A stretch of 64,000 nucleotides of DNA from the human T2T-CHM13v2.0 reference genome, Homo sapiens, in the NCBI RefSeq assembly GCF_009914755.1, contig NC_060935.1, one strand, 5' to 3'. Positions within the stretch are counted from its first letter, which is position 1, and each line of letters starts with the position of its first letter. The position numbers were made by a program, and so were the translations under genes. Below the pieces are notes generated by a model, which did no database searches, was not told the DNA's origin, and worked only from the letters and a program-made list of their open reading frames with translations. Of the stretch, positions 39,531-54,432 are shown in pieces.

Positions 39531-41169
39531 CATATCAAATATTACATAATAAATAAATGTTTACATTTACCACTTCCTTTTCTGTTCATTTTTTCTTTTG
39601 ATATTGCATATATATTGTACAAGGAGAAAGAATACAGATCCCAAAACTGTCCCCTATTATTTCCTGAGACTCCCAGAATAAATTCTGGAGAAGTCAGTCT
39701 AATGAATTTTCAATAGAAAAATGCAAAATGCTAATGATCCACTCAACCTCCACAAGCTCAAAATCATATGAGACTATAACTTATTTCATAAAACCATCAG
39801 AAAGCTGCATCCTCTTTCTAAACAACAAAATGCCAGGAGAGCACCTTCTAGCTCCACAGTTCAATAACAGGAAAAATCAGAAACAATTGCCTGCATCTGT
39901 TCCCCAGATTCTTAGAGAAAGAATCTTCAAATGAATTTTTAAATCTGAGGAGATAGAAATGAGCAAGAAATCTGAGGCATATTTTCAAGGCAGAGACACA
40001 CAAATTGAAGTTAAGAAAAAGATTCAACCAAATAATATATTACCCAAACTGTAAATGGAGGTTGCAAAACATATAGCAAATAGAAATAACGAAGAGTTGC
40101 CCAGAAGGTCTGGAGTTCACAGAATTCTGGCTCATTTTAAGTTTTTTAAGGTAATATGAGAGGAAGACCAGTTTCAAAAAAAAATAGAATGCAAATATAC
40201 TTAACACGAAAATAGACTATACATAATTCTTTTCATAATTCAAAAACCAATAGTTCTAGCTCCTCAATATAATCCCTAAATATCATTGTACAAAACTTTC
40301 AGAAAATACTTGTTTATTTAAACTATCTGGTACTAGGTAAGTATTTACTATGAATATGATACAAATTTTTTAAAACAGGAGCAAGGACACAAATATTATT
40401 GGGAGGAAAGATTTTAAAGAGAAGAAAAAATGAATTTAAATGAAGTTGTATCAGCATTGTTCTGAATACCCAATTGCTTCTGCACCAAAAGTATGAGTGG
40501 TCCTGGGAAACTTCAGCATTTAAATGACTTGAAATTTCCAATTTATTTGAAATAACAATTTTGCGTGTTTTAATGAATACTTAAAGTGTTTCTTATGCAA
40601 AAACCCGAAACCTTTCCAAATTTTCCTTTTAATGAGAAACATAAAACAAGGCTTAAATCTGGGATATTATAAGTGCTTCACCAATATAACTTTCAATCAG
40701 AATAGTGGTAAAAACCTAATATCCACAAATTTTGCCTTAAAAATTATTGTGATGTTCTCACAGGGTGTGAATGTTAATTAAAAAAAAAACATGGGCTTTT
40801 AATAGATTTTTTGCTTTAACAGAAACACATTGCTCTTAACTGGCTACTATCTAAAAACCTCATCCAAGGCTTTACCAACCTCTCTCACTGACACCATCAC
40901 ATTCCACATATTTTTCAGAAGGGATGATTGGCTTTCAGTGGGGAAACTTTAGTATCAGCTTTTCCAAATAGCCTGAAAAGAGAGTTAAACTGAATTGCTC
41001 TTCCAGAACACAAGAACATCATTGCTGCCAAATGCTAAATCCCTTAACACCATGGGACATTTCCTATGATTCTGTCTGTGGTACAGAATGAGATTCCTAG
41101 AATATTTTTCTTTTTTAAAAGTTTCTTCAAATAATAACAGCAATAGTAGTTATAATAGCAATACTAGTA

Positions 41170-41630
41170 ATAGTTATAATTACAGAAGCTAAATATTGTA
41201 TATATTAATATGTCAAATCCTCACAATAACCCTGCAAGGCAGGTATCATTCATACAGATTTACAGATGAGGGAACTGAAGCACAAAGAGATTAATTTGTC
41301 CAAAGTCACACAACCAGGAAATAATGCTGGCTACATTTATTGAGCACCTACTTTGAGCTGGCAATGTTCTAAATGCTTTAGTTGCCTTAACTAATTATTC
41401 ATCTTCATGAAAACCTTGATCCTTATAACACTGTAAAGATACTCATTTTTTGGTTGAGAAACTGAAGCAGAGAGATCAAGTAACATGCTCTATGTCATCC
41501 ATCTAGGAAATGCTGAAGTGAAATTCAAACACAGGCAACCTAGCTCCAGAGTCTACACTCAGTAGGCTATACTGTCTCTCTAAATATTAAAACTTAGATT
41601 CAAACTCAGATCTAGCTCAAAGACATGACT
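41170..41630 (-). mobile_element. Two MIRs, one (about 41321-41580) nested inside the other
   Basis: The first MIR core (tttacagatgagggaactgaagcacaaagag) breaks at about 41320. A full second MIR follows, and the first resumes at about 41590 (agattcaaactcagatct). Confidence 0.7.
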
Positions 41631-43559
41631 TTTAAAAATGAATTTCCTCATTGTTTAAACTATACCATATATCTCTTTTAGTAGAGCAAAGTCTATCAGA
41701 GGAGCAAAACACAACTTATAAGCAAAGTAAATATATTTCAGTGAAAATATATGTAGAAATACAAATGATTGTTTAGAGATGTGAACAATGATAATAATCC
41801 ATCAAATATACACATAAACACATGCTCATTCTTGTGCTGGGAAACAGCTGCATAATCCATTGGAAAGCCTGTCCCACCAGGAATTCAAAGCTCAAATGCT
41901 GCTGTCCCTTCTTACATGCACAGTAAAATGAATCCACATACTTTTATTACCATGATAGCAGAAAGCACACAATTCCACTGGGCAAATACTCTAATTTCTG
42001 ACCAATGTATGTCCTATGGAATTGTATCAAAGCCTGCATACTTTCCATTACATTTATGGCTCTAACAAAGAGAGTTCATTTATTCTAATATTTCTACCTA
42101 ACTACAAGCTTTGTCACTCTCTCCTAATCACAATAATTATTACCTAAAGAATAAGTTTTTAAAAAGAGCCATAGAGTCAGGAATTTAGTTTTATTTTGTC
42201 AGACAGTTGAGAGTTTTATCATTGTATCCCTTTTCCTGCAATCTCACATGACTCCAGAACCTGACTCAAACCAGGGCCCTCGGCCTAGGATCATATACTT
42301 AGTAGTATGATACACAAGACATGATAGTGGCTGAAGCACTATTATTAAAGAGAGATTAAAACAGCTGTACATTATGCTGAAGCACTCACTCTTCCCTTTA
42401 CAAACAGACGGTCCTGGATTACAAGCAGCACTTGACCATTTAAATCACGACAACAACCAGATTTAACCAGCTGGGCCATATTCTCCTAGGCAGTGCCTGT
42501 TGACCTCCTCAGTCACAGCTGCTCAAGTGAAATTCTCATTAGACAACTTATTTTCAGAAGCCAAAGGACTCTCTGATTAAATATATGTATTTAGATATAG
42601 AAGTCCTTTTTAAAGTATTCATTTTCTGTCGCTTATGTTAGAGCCCAGCTATATTGGCAACAAGACGGGTGATACAAGGATAACTAAAATTCATCATTTT
42701 ATTATAGCTGAAGAATTTTAGCCTTGGAAGCATCTTAACCTGAATCTATTAATCAAAGCTTTCCTGTACACTCTATCTACCAATGTTTTAAAAGGTGGTT
42801 TCTGACATTCAATCATTCAATCCATCTATGGATCTGTCTACCTACCTACATACCAATTTACCAATCTATAATACTAAATCAAAGTTAAATTTACAAAAGA
42901 CAGAAACTTTGCCTATCTTCCCATAAGTCTCAGTTTCAGAGGGGGCACTTCAGATGTAGCACCCTTGTTCAACAATGTTTTACAATCTGGTCAAATCACT
43001 GCTCAGGAGAGGGCATTTCTTGAAGGAATAGCAGATTAAACACTGGACAATTTGGTTGATCAAAGCATCTGCCTGGAGAGTTTTTGTTTCATCATGCAAA
43101 TATAGTTTTTAAAAGGACCATAATGAACTTTTTACAGATCAGTTCTTGTAGATGAGGGCAAATGAGGGAGAGGTATTTAGTCTGATAAAGAGTAAAAATA
43201 TTCTCCAGAACAAGAATAATGCAAGAAAGGTAATCATTTATCATGTCAATCACACAGGCTTGTCTCTCAGCTAATCATGAAATATGGCCCTCAAACCATG
43301 AAGTAGATATGAGGGAGAGGTGGGTAATGCATTTGAAGACTTTTAGGTGTCCAATGAGATAATACATCCCAAATGAGGAGATGGACCTGGAACTTTAAAG
43401 GATCAATGTCAGGCAAATATTGGTGGAGCTGTTATATCTCCTTAGACCTAGAATATAATTATTTGAGAAGCAGAAATCTATCCTAAACTTTTTAATGACC
43501 CTTTCTATAATTATTTCTGTTCTCCCATTATGCTATTCTATACTATGCTCCAAGTAGAT

Positions 43560-44434
43560 AATCAAAATTAGGATTCAAACTCAAGATACCAAACTCAGAA
43601 TAAAAAAATTCTCATTGCTCCCATGTCCAAAACATGTTCCTCCTTTTTTTTTTTTTTTTAATTGTATTACCACGTTCCTATTTGCCCAGAGTTTAAAAAT
43701 TCTGAGCACTCTTTGAACCATTCTTCTGTCTTGGTCTCTACACTTAAACATTAACTCTTAACAATTCTATCTCTTAATATCTTTTCCATATGCATCCCCC
43801 TTCCTTCCTCATTTCTGCTGCCTTCGTTCAGCAGACCCTCATTATCTCTAGCTTGAAACAATTTCCTTAATGTCTCTCCCTGCTCCCATTCATCCTAAAC
43901 AGTGCAGCCAGATTAACTTTCCTGAAAGAAAGCTCTAATCCACCAACTTATTGTGCTAAAAAACAGTCAGTGGTTCCTCCATTGCCTTCAATATAAAGTT
44001 CAAACTCCTTAGGCAAGAGTCAAAGGGCCTCCATGATCTGAACACAACCTACTTTTTCAGTCTTATATCCCATATGCATCTTCTTTTTTTAATTTAGAAC
44101 CTGAACTATTGGCCGTTTTAAAGTCCTCTGCCTATTCTTTCTGCCTGAAATGTTTCTCCTCTCAATTTCTGTCTATATAAATCCTTTCATTCTCCAAGAC
44201 CAACTAAGACCCATTTCCCTACAGAACCTTCCAATGGCTTCCAAGGCAGAAGTAATTTTTCTATCTAGTAAATTCCCATAATATTTTATCTATATAGCTC
44301 TATGGAATTTATTATATACTAGAAACTGAATTAGAGTTCATTTTTATATGCCTTATATCTCTTACTGGAATATGAATTATTAAAAGTTAGAGACCATTGT
44401 TTTATTCATTATGGGTGTACCATATCATCTAGCA
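43560..44434 (+). mobile_element. L2 fragment
   Basis: cagaccctcattatctctagcttgaa; cagtggttcctccattgccttcaatataaagttcaaactccttaggc. Confidence 0.75.
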
Positions 44435-45222
<788 letters not shown>

Positions 45223-45519
45223 AGTTTTAATAAAATGCATTTCACAGAAGAAGAATATGTAGAAAAATAATCACAATACTATGTAGTCCTTGAAAAGTGC
45301 TGTAAAAAAAAAGATATACCATAAACTGTAGAATATTTTATAAGAATGTTCATAAAAATTCATAGTCTTGGCATTGGAAAAAAGATCAAACTTCTGTCCT
45401 CTACAACAACTCTATTAAAATGACAATAGAGATTGCTGCATATCTCTAAGGATAGATCAGTTACTATCTTCCAAGGGAGAATATTCCATATAGACAGCTA
45501 CAGCTGTTAGCTAGTTGGT

Positions 45520-46220
45520 CTTATCAGCCATAATCAGGTTCCTCATAACTTCTTGTCACTGATCTGTATTCTATCCCCAGGAAGCTAGACAGTATAAACC
45601 CAATCCCTCCTCCATGTGACTTGAATCTTTAAAGACACCATCATGTCATCCTTGATTTGCTTTTCTCTGGGGTTAGTATTATTAATTCCTTCAACCATTC
45701 TTCTTCTTATATAATTTCATCTCTGCGATTATACCAATTGTTCTCTGAGAATATCCCAATGCCTTTGAGTTCCTCTTAAAGTGTGGTAATTCTGAACTCA
45801 ACACAATACTTCACAAACATTCTATTGAGCAGTGAGTTTAGTGGGACTACCAACTCTTGAATGCATCATACTGTACTTCTAGTGATGCTGACTGAAATAG
45901 CACTGGCAATTTTTTTGGCAATATTCACTATGCTGACCCCATTGCATTTTCTGTCACTTAAAACTCATAGGTTTTTTTTTTTTAATCATTCATCTGGCTG
46001 TTATTTGAATTTTCTTCAGTAATTACTTGTGCAGCTGGGATTTGGGTCACAACTTCTGAACTTGATAATAAGATCTATTAAATTTTATCTTGGTAGGTTA
46101 TTTTTAAGTTCATAGTTTCAGTTTGTCAAAACATTTTAAGTTTTGTTTCTTTAATCCGTTATATTCACTGTTCCAGATTTGTGAGATAGGTAAATTTGAT
46201 GAGCATGTTTTTGGTCATTT
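45520..46220 (-). mobile_element. L3/CR1 fragment
   Basis: tcctcttaaagtgtggtaattctgaactcaacacaatactt and tttgtgagataggtaaatttgatgagcatg are typical of L3. Confidence 0.7.
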
Positions 46221-48268
46221 AATATCTGCATTTAATATATTTATATTATATACATTAATATATACTAAAGATGCCTGAATTTCTGATGTCTAAAACATAC
46301 ATATTGCAAAAAAAAATCTGTAGAGTATGAAAACATTCATTACTAGTAGAAATACAGTAATAAATGACTCTTAAAGGACTACTGTCTCATTCTGTAAGTG
46401 TCTCTCTTATACAAAATCAACTGTAACACATGGTAACAAAGAGGACGAAGAGAAAATTAACCATTACTTGCAAGGAAAAAATGATTTAAAATTCCCTAGT
46501 AGTTCAGGAAAAAAATCATCATCAATCAATGCCTTTATTTTTACATTAAAGACTCCTCCAAAGTATTTTGAAAACCACTTACTTATAGAACTGAAACCAT
46601 CTTTTGGTGGATCACAATTAAAAGTAATCTAGTGATCTTACTTATTCAGTAGATAATTATCTGGCAATCCCCATTATTCAGAACATAGCCAAAAATGTGG
46701 ACAACAAAGCCTCAGAAGCCAAAAGTGTCAGCATGTAGTTCATGCACTAAAGATCATATGTATTTCCCAGAATCTCTCAGCAACACCTCCAGAACATACT
46801 TGTTCATATTTCAAATACAGTCCAGAATTTCCTGATTATCTAATTTTATAATCTATAGGTAAATAGGAGAAAATTAGAAATTATTTGCAACTAAGCAAGA
46901 AATAATAGCCTGCAACCTGATATTGAAGGAGAAACCAACACACACACCAAAAAAATACATATATACAAAAAGATATATATATCAAGCAGACACAAAAACT
47001 CTTAAGTTTCATAATTGAAAAATAACCATAAAATCAAAGTGCTAATAATCTCAATGATCACTAGGGGCATTATTATAGCACAGTAAAATAATTGACATTT
47101 ATAATATATCAGTTATATATGTTATATATAATATAATACAATAAGCCAAATGTATAAGTTTATAGTTAATATTCATATAGTTTACAGTTAATTCAAGACA
47201 TATTCATTATTATTATTAATCCTCAAAATGTTTAAGTTGCAAACTCAGTAACCAAATTTTAAATTTTGTGGCTCGAGTAGATTGAAGAATTTACCCAGGG
47301 TGACATAATTGTTTGAAGGGTACTGAAGTTCCTAGTCTACTGTATTATGACCCTAGGTCATCAAAAAATATATACATTTTGTGTCATATTACCTGATTAG
47401 TAAAACAGGGAAGCATGCAATATATTTTAGAAAGACTTCTACGAAAATTAATTGGAATCTTTTAAGTTTTTGAGCCCTCAAAGGAATAAAATTAAGTTAC
47501 ATGAAAAATTCCCTAATATCAAATCCCAATTTGTCTATAGTAAAAAACAAAAGTCTCAATTTAACTTGCAATGCTAGTAATAAATCCAGAACTATTAATT
47601 ACTCTACATTTTAAGGCCTAAAATCTGTACATAAAAACCAAAAGTGCAACATAGTATAACCATCACTTAGACTTGATTTACTTTGTTTAAAAATATTATT
47701 GGAGAGTCTTCTTTCATTTGTTTTCTAGGATGTACACGAACCTGAGTGAACTCTTGTACAGAGTAGAGAAGGTAGATGTGGGATGTTGCAAGAGATGTCA
47801 TGTATCAAAGAAGTCACTCATATACTTTCAGTTTTAACAATGTTTGAAGCCCTCTAACTCTCCATTCTACAATGTTAGGAGATAAATAATATATTTATAA
47901 AAATGAAGAGAAATATTTTTAATTTTGCTTTTTAAACAGTTGACATTTTTATAAAGAAATACTATCCACCAAAAGGAAATAGGGGAGAAAAAATGAAAAA
48001 TAAAGTTGCAGTTAGGAAAATTCTCTTGTTACCTTTTTCCAGAGTAGGATTATGGTCAGTTTAAAATCCTAATTTGTTATCTTAAGAACCAAATAAAATG
48101 CACAAAGTTTTAGAAAAACGGAGCTATCTGTTTAACACTCCTAATGGATCAAAATCTGCCATCACCATAGTAACCTCTGAATAACTTTTTCCTAGCTAGT
48201 GACAATTATGCACTTCTCTGACCCTTGAAATCCCACTTTTTTTTTTTTTTTAAGGCCTGGAATCTTTA

Positions 48269-48517
<249 letters not shown>

Positions 48518-48550
48518 CTAGAAAAATAAAATAAAATAAAACCATTAGAA
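48518..48550 (-). promoter_or_regulatory. SOX6: 3' splice acceptor, pyrimidine tract and putative branch point of the SOX6 exon
   Basis: The minus strand reads TTCTAATggTTTTATTTTATTTTATTTTTCTAG|. The yUnAy branch motif CTAAT has its A at about 48545. Confidence 0.8.
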
Positions 48551-49223
48551 TATACGTTTCTTTGCATGCTACTGGAGAAAAAAATCCCAAACTGAGGACA
48601 GTATATGATGCTTAGTAGGACAAATAAAATATATTAATTAAAATAAAATACAAGTAACTTAGTAGGACAAATAAAAAATACAATTCTGATTGAACAACAC
48701 CGATTAAACAAAACATTAAAGAAGCAATTGTCAAAGGAACTAATGTGAAGTTGCAGATTAAAACTGTTTAGCTTTTTAAATATAAAGCAGTTTAAGTGCT
48801 TCAAAAACAAGCATTTCAACCCCTTACTCATTTACACCTTTCATTCAAATTAGTTCAGATTCAATGACTAATTATTAGGCTTGGTAAAGTTTTTCTTTTA
48901 ATTGGACACTTTTAGTATCAACACTCTTCCCACAACATAAAAAGGAGTACATCATAAAAAACACTGCCCTTTAGTTTAGAACAAGTAGAAAAGTTAGCTT
49001 CAGTAGCCAATGTTCATTGTTCACCAGAAAATACAGAAATTATCTAAATCAGTGCCAGAAAGTTAGCCAACATGAATATTTTTGTGTGCTGGGGTTTGGA
49101 GAAAACTGTTTTGTTTTGGTTTTTCTAGCTACACAGCTGTCCAAAGTTACAGAAGTCTCTTTCTATTCCTTACCCTTACCACTGATACTTCAGCACATTT
49201 TTCATGTGGCATTTAAAAATGTC

Positions 49224-49702
49224 TTTTTTTAGTTATTATTATTATACTTTAAGTTCTAGGGTACATGTGCACAACGTGCAGGTTTTTCACATATGTATAC
49301 ATGTGGCATGTTGGTGTGCTGCACCCATTAACTCGTCATTTACATTGGGTATATCTCCTAATGCTATCCCTCCCCCCACCCCACAACAGGCCCTGGTGTG
49401 TGATGTTCCCCTTCTTGTGTCCAAATGTTCCCACCTACGAGTGATAACATGCGGCGTTTGGTTTTTTGTCCTTGCGATAGTTTGCTGAGAATGATGGTTT
49501 CCAGCTTCATCCATGTCCCTACAAAGGACATGAACTCATCCTTTTTTATGGCGGCATAGTATTTCATTGTGTATATGTGCCACCTGTTCTTAATCCAGTC
49601 TATCATTGATGGACATTTGGGTTGGTTCCAAGTCTTTGCTATTGTGAATAGTGCCGCAATAAACATACGTGTTAATGTGTCTTTATAGCAGCATGATTTA
49701 TA
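49224..49702 (-). mobile_element. Primate L1PA 3' end, 5'-truncated (about 470 bp), with TSD
   Basis: tatactttaagttctagggtacatgtgcacaacgtgcagg...ctttatagcagcatgatttata. TSD aaa(t/c)gtcttttttt at 49217-49230 and 49702-49715. Confidence 0.96.
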
Positions 49703-52025
49703 AACGTCTTTTTTTTTTTATTTTACAAAAGGACAAGTTTATCCTCAGATGAGAAATATTTTTCTTAAAAAAAAGGACAGGCTTATTATAGAAATATTTG
49801 TGCAGGAATTACTTCATAGTATAGAGAAGTTAGCTAACTGTGAAGAGGTTTAGATGGATCAGCTGAAAAGGAAAAAGCAAATCGTAGGTGGAAAACAAAC
49901 ACCTAAAAGTTCATAGAAATAAAATATTCTTATATTTCTTTTAACTGAAACTGAGGGTTGGAAACAGCTATTATTTTGCCATAGCCCTTCAGCAGCCTTG
50001 CATTCACCTTTTATCTGTTTGCACAAGGGTATTCTCTCTCCCTATATTTATATAAAAAAGTGTATAAAGTAAATCAGCCAGTCTTTTAATCACCATCAGA
50101 CTCCTGAAAATCCTAATTGCTCCTCTATATCTTTCCTTCACAAGGAAGCCCAGTAAGAATCAAGAACTTGAGGACAAGCATGGGGCAAAAGTTACACAGT
50201 TAATAACTAATGGGAAAAGGGGGGAAAAGGAAAATGATATCTACAGCAGTAAATTTCTACATATATTAAATGACATAATAATTGTACTCAACAAATGCTA
50301 GGTATTTCGGATTATTGTCATTGTATATAAGGTGGGATACAATGGATTTTCAGGGTTATTGAAAGCACATAATGAGATTATATTTGTAAGGCACCACGGC
50401 ATAGTGCTGGGCTCATAATACTGAGGTGGTGTTTAATAACTGGTAGATACTATTTCTTGAAGGAAGGAACAGATTTGGGAATGGGACTAAAGAGATTTGT
50501 CTTCCTTCTGGACCTGAGGAATTATGAAGTAAAAAATGTTCATGAGTCTCCAACTAAGATAAATCTTGTGAAACCTGGGAATATATTAAAAACCATTGAA
50601 TTGTATACATTAAGTGGGTAAATTATATGGTACATATATTATATCTCAATTAAGCTGAATCTTTTCATTGAGATAAATCTTAATTTTTTCTGCATACCCA
50701 TTGCTAGTACAATGCCCAGAATAGAGCAGCTCAATATATTTATGCTGAAATAAACAGAAAAGGATAAAATAAATGGGGCAGGGCAGGAAAGAGAGCTCTT
50801 CTTTACCTTTCTTCTAGATCCCTTCCTTCCTCCAGGAAAGATGTTTTATCTCACTTAATGTTTACAAGAATTCTGTGAAGTGATGCAGAGGAACCCCTTC
50901 TTTTAGATGCCAGTCATGGCTAGTATGTGGCTCCTTGGAATGTCCAGTTCATTCTCCACTTGTGTGAATGAAAATGCAGAGATATATTTGTCAAAGCCAT
51001 TTAAACCTCTTAATAAAGTCCGTATTAGACATCTGACCAAGGCTTTTATGAATTAATAATCACCATTTGATCAATCATACTTCAGTTGCTTTTATTTCAG
51101 ATGCCAATTATTGTCACATTATGGCCAAAAAAAAAAAAAAAAACCCTGACTCAACCTAAGGGATTGAAGAACAAGTCAAAACAGTAATATGTGGAAGTGG
51201 TTACCTACAAATGACTCACAATTGACTATAATAAAGGAGATTTTCCCATCACTGCCAAACTGAAATTGAAAGATGCTAAGAGAGGCTCTCCAGCCTAGTA
51301 ACAACTTTAGATTGTCCTGAGAGCATTTAGGCTCCAAAGAGTACCATTTTTTTTCTATCAGGACTAATGCCAAACAATCTTATTTACGCATTGTTATGTA
51401 CTTGTTGGACTATGTTACTTGTTGTTTACTCATGGGAATGTGGTCACTGCCATCCTGCACCACAGACAATAACCATGGGTTCCTTATTGCAGTGATGACC
51501 CACACTGTTCTTAGCCCCATAATCTGTGCAAAGTGGCTCAACACTACCAAGCAGCAGAGAGCAAGAGGCTAGAGAGTCATGATTTCCCCACAAAAGCCAC
51601 AAGAATTACTTGCAATATGTCACCAAATTGTAAAAATAGGCAGTAAATAAAAACAAACGGCTTAAGTCGCGTGTTATGTTATACCATGCTTAACAACAAT
51701 GGGAGGGGGCAAAATTTACCATTTCCAGCCATCACTTTTTAACTTTCTAACACCTAACAAATATTAACCTTTCATAAGTGGAAGTCTGTAAGCAATTCAT
51801 CTGAGTAAAAGGGGCACGTAAATTAATAAACTTATAATAGGTTACTGTCTAATATGAAGTCAATAATGCCAACTTTAAAAAAAAATCTTGACAAAGAATC
51901 TCTGGTTTTTTTAAGGAGGCTATGTAACTTTAAAGTAAATTTTATTAAGAAAAAAAGCCCAGATTATTTTGTAATTTCTTAAGAACAGAACAGGTCCAAT
52001 GACACATCAATTGAGGCAAAATATC

Positions 52026-52402
52026 TGATATGGCTTAGATTTGTGTCCCTGCCCAAATCTCAAGTTGAATTGTAATTCCCAATGTTGGAGGAGAGGCTTG
52101 GTGGGTGGTGATTAAATCATGGAGGCAGACTTTCCCCTTGCTTATGATAATGAGTGAGTTCTCATGAGATCTGGTTGTTAAAAAGTGTGTAGACCTCCCC
52201 ACTCTCTCTCTTCCTCCTGCTCCAGCCACATAAGATGCGCCTGCTTCCCCTTTGCTTTCCGCCATGATTGTAAATTTCCTGAGGCCTCCCCAGCCATGCT
52301 TCCTGTACAGCCTGCAGAACCATGAGCTATTAAACCTCTTTTCTTTATAAATTACCCAGTCTCAGGTATTTCTTTATAGCAGTGTGAGAATGGTCTAAAC
52401 CA
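52026..52402 (+). mobile_element. MSTA solo LTR (MaLR)
   Basis: tgatatggcttagatttgtgtccc...ccatgattgtaaatttcctgaggcctccccagccatgc...aaattacccagtctcaggtatttctttatagcag. Near-TSD atatc/atgtc. Confidence 0.93.
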
Positions 52403-52487
52403 ATGTCCAATGATAATATCTACCAAGTCTTAATGCATGTCACTGCAGCACTGCTGTGAAGAGACTTGAGACAATATTTCCCTAAAG

Positions 52488-52656
52488 TAGTGGTTCTCAA
52501 GCTTCAATGTGTAGAATTATCTGGCAAGTGTGTTAAAATGCAGATTCCTTCATCCCATACCACCTTCCACAATGAGGGGGCCAAGGAATTTGAATACTGA
52601 TGAACAACCCAACTGATTCCGATGCACAGGTCCTGATCCCACTTTAAGAAATACTG
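52488..52656. mobile_element. MER5-family hAT element
   Basis: Ends tagtggttctcaa / ttaagaaatactg. The flanking 8-mer ccctaaag is repeated (52480-52487 and 52659-52666). Confidence 0.8.
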
Positions 52657-53369
52657 CTCCCTAAAGAACAATGATATAAATGTGTTTTGCCTTAATATTA
52701 CAATGTGAATATAATTGTGTAAAAAATTTTTAAAGCTGGTTGTGATTCTTCAAAATAACATAAAGGAGATTATTTCTCTTCTTTTGATTTTTCTTTTGAA
52801 AACAACCACTGTTTAACACGACTAAACACATGAACATCACAAAAAAGAAGAACATGTGGGCACTGAGTTAGTAAACATTAGTTTATTCAAAGGAAATGTA
52901 CTATAAATTTCTTTTCTTTCAACCCCTAACTTCAGCAGCCCCACCAAACCTAACAGTGAAGAAAATTTTCAAAATATGATTTAAAAGTATCCTAGTCCCA
53001 AATAAAGGAAAAAAGCCATGTTGATTCAGATAATCTAAAGAGCATTTCACTGGAAATCAATTAAACACAATATGTAAAATATGTGTAGATGATTGAAAAA
53101 GTACACAGTAGTATCAAAAATAGTTATTAGAAAAAGTTTCTAGGAAAGAAAAAGCAGTTTTTCCATATCGGCAAAAATAGAATTTTAATTAAGATGTTTT
53201 CCAGTATTTGAAGAGATAAAGTAAATATTAAAAACAAAAAACATTAAAACGAATATTGTTCAGATTTTTCAGAAGTTACTATTCAAAACTGATGGTTCAC
53301 CAATGGCATTCAAATGGCTTTAAATTTAAGTAGCCATCTCATGGTATTGAATATATCAAAATTACTCAA

Positions 53370-53720
53370 ATCTTTGGGCATTTGTGTGTCTTGTTGCTTT
53401 CCCCTGGAATGCCCTATATCTTCCTTAACTTTGAACCCAACCCGCTCTTCAAAGTTCAGATCAAACTGCATTTCATCCTTGAAGCACCCCTGACTATACT
53501 GGACCTCACTATCATGCTACCCTCCAAACTACACATCAAAGCACTTAATCATAACCATATAATTTAGCATTTAATAATATACTGGAATAAAATATTCATT
53601 ACTATTTTGCATGTAATTGTCATATCTGTAACTAAATTTTAACTCTTAAAGGATTTCAGGACTTCATGCTTCTTCCATAGGCTTCCAGAGCATACAACAA
53701 AATTAAATATGTGGACTGAC
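53370..53720 (+). mobile_element. L2 3' fragment
   Basis: ttcccctggaatgccct...ttcaaagttcagatcaaactgcatttcatcc. Confidence 0.6.
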
Positions 53721-53765
53721 AAACTTGAAACAACTAATTATCAAATATGTCAAAAATAATCAAAA

Positions 53766-54078
53766 GGCTGGGCACAGTGACTCACACCTGTAATCCCAGC
53801 ACTTTGAGAAGTCAAGCAGGAGGATCACTTCAGCCAAGGAGTTTGAGACCAGCCTATGCAACATAGCGAGACCCCATCCCTACAAATAATAAAAAAAATT
53901 AGCTGAGTGTGGGGGTGCACACTTGTGCTCCCAGCTGCTTGGGAGGCTGAGGGGAGAAAATTGCTTGAACTTCAGAGGTCCAGGCCACAGTAAGCCATGA
54001 TTGCTCCACTGCACTCCAGCCTGGGCAAACAAGCCAGACTCTGTCTCTCAAAACAAACAAACAAACAAACAAAAAAAA
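53766..54078 (+). mobile_element. AluJ (Jo/Jr-like)
   Basis: ggaggatcactt.agcc.aggagtttgagaccagcct..gcaacatagcgagacccc, high divergence and a (CAAA)n tail. Confidence 0.93.
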
Positions 54079-54432
54079 TCAAACAGGCAAAGAGCAAAGA
54101 TTTGCTCCAACAATGACAGGATTGCTTAAGCTAAACATTTAGAACTGAGATATTAAAACATAAGGAATTGATGATACAACTACACAGTGGAATACAACAC
54201 AGCCATTAAAAACAAACATACCTATTGAACATACTGTTGTTTACAGTGATGAATAACTATAGGCAACCTAGTTATTCCAATTGTAGGAATTATTTGAGGG
54301 CATTATGATTTTATCTATATGATGAAATGTTTTGAAGCTACTGAAAATCATAGTCTTGCAGAAAATTTAATGAAATGTGGGAATATTCATAATGTATTGT
54401 TAGTTCAAAGTATATTAATAAGACTAATATAC

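Noticed and set aside
47348-47362. TGACC-cta-GGTCA resembling an oestrogen response element
   Set aside because: The half-sites are in the wrong (everted) order for an ERE (GGTCA-N3-TGACC), and a palindrome this short is expected by chance.
49204-49666. ORFs including MFIAALFTIAKTWNQPKCPS
   Set aside because: L1PA ORF2 tail of a 5'-truncated insertion, with no promoter or complete ORF.
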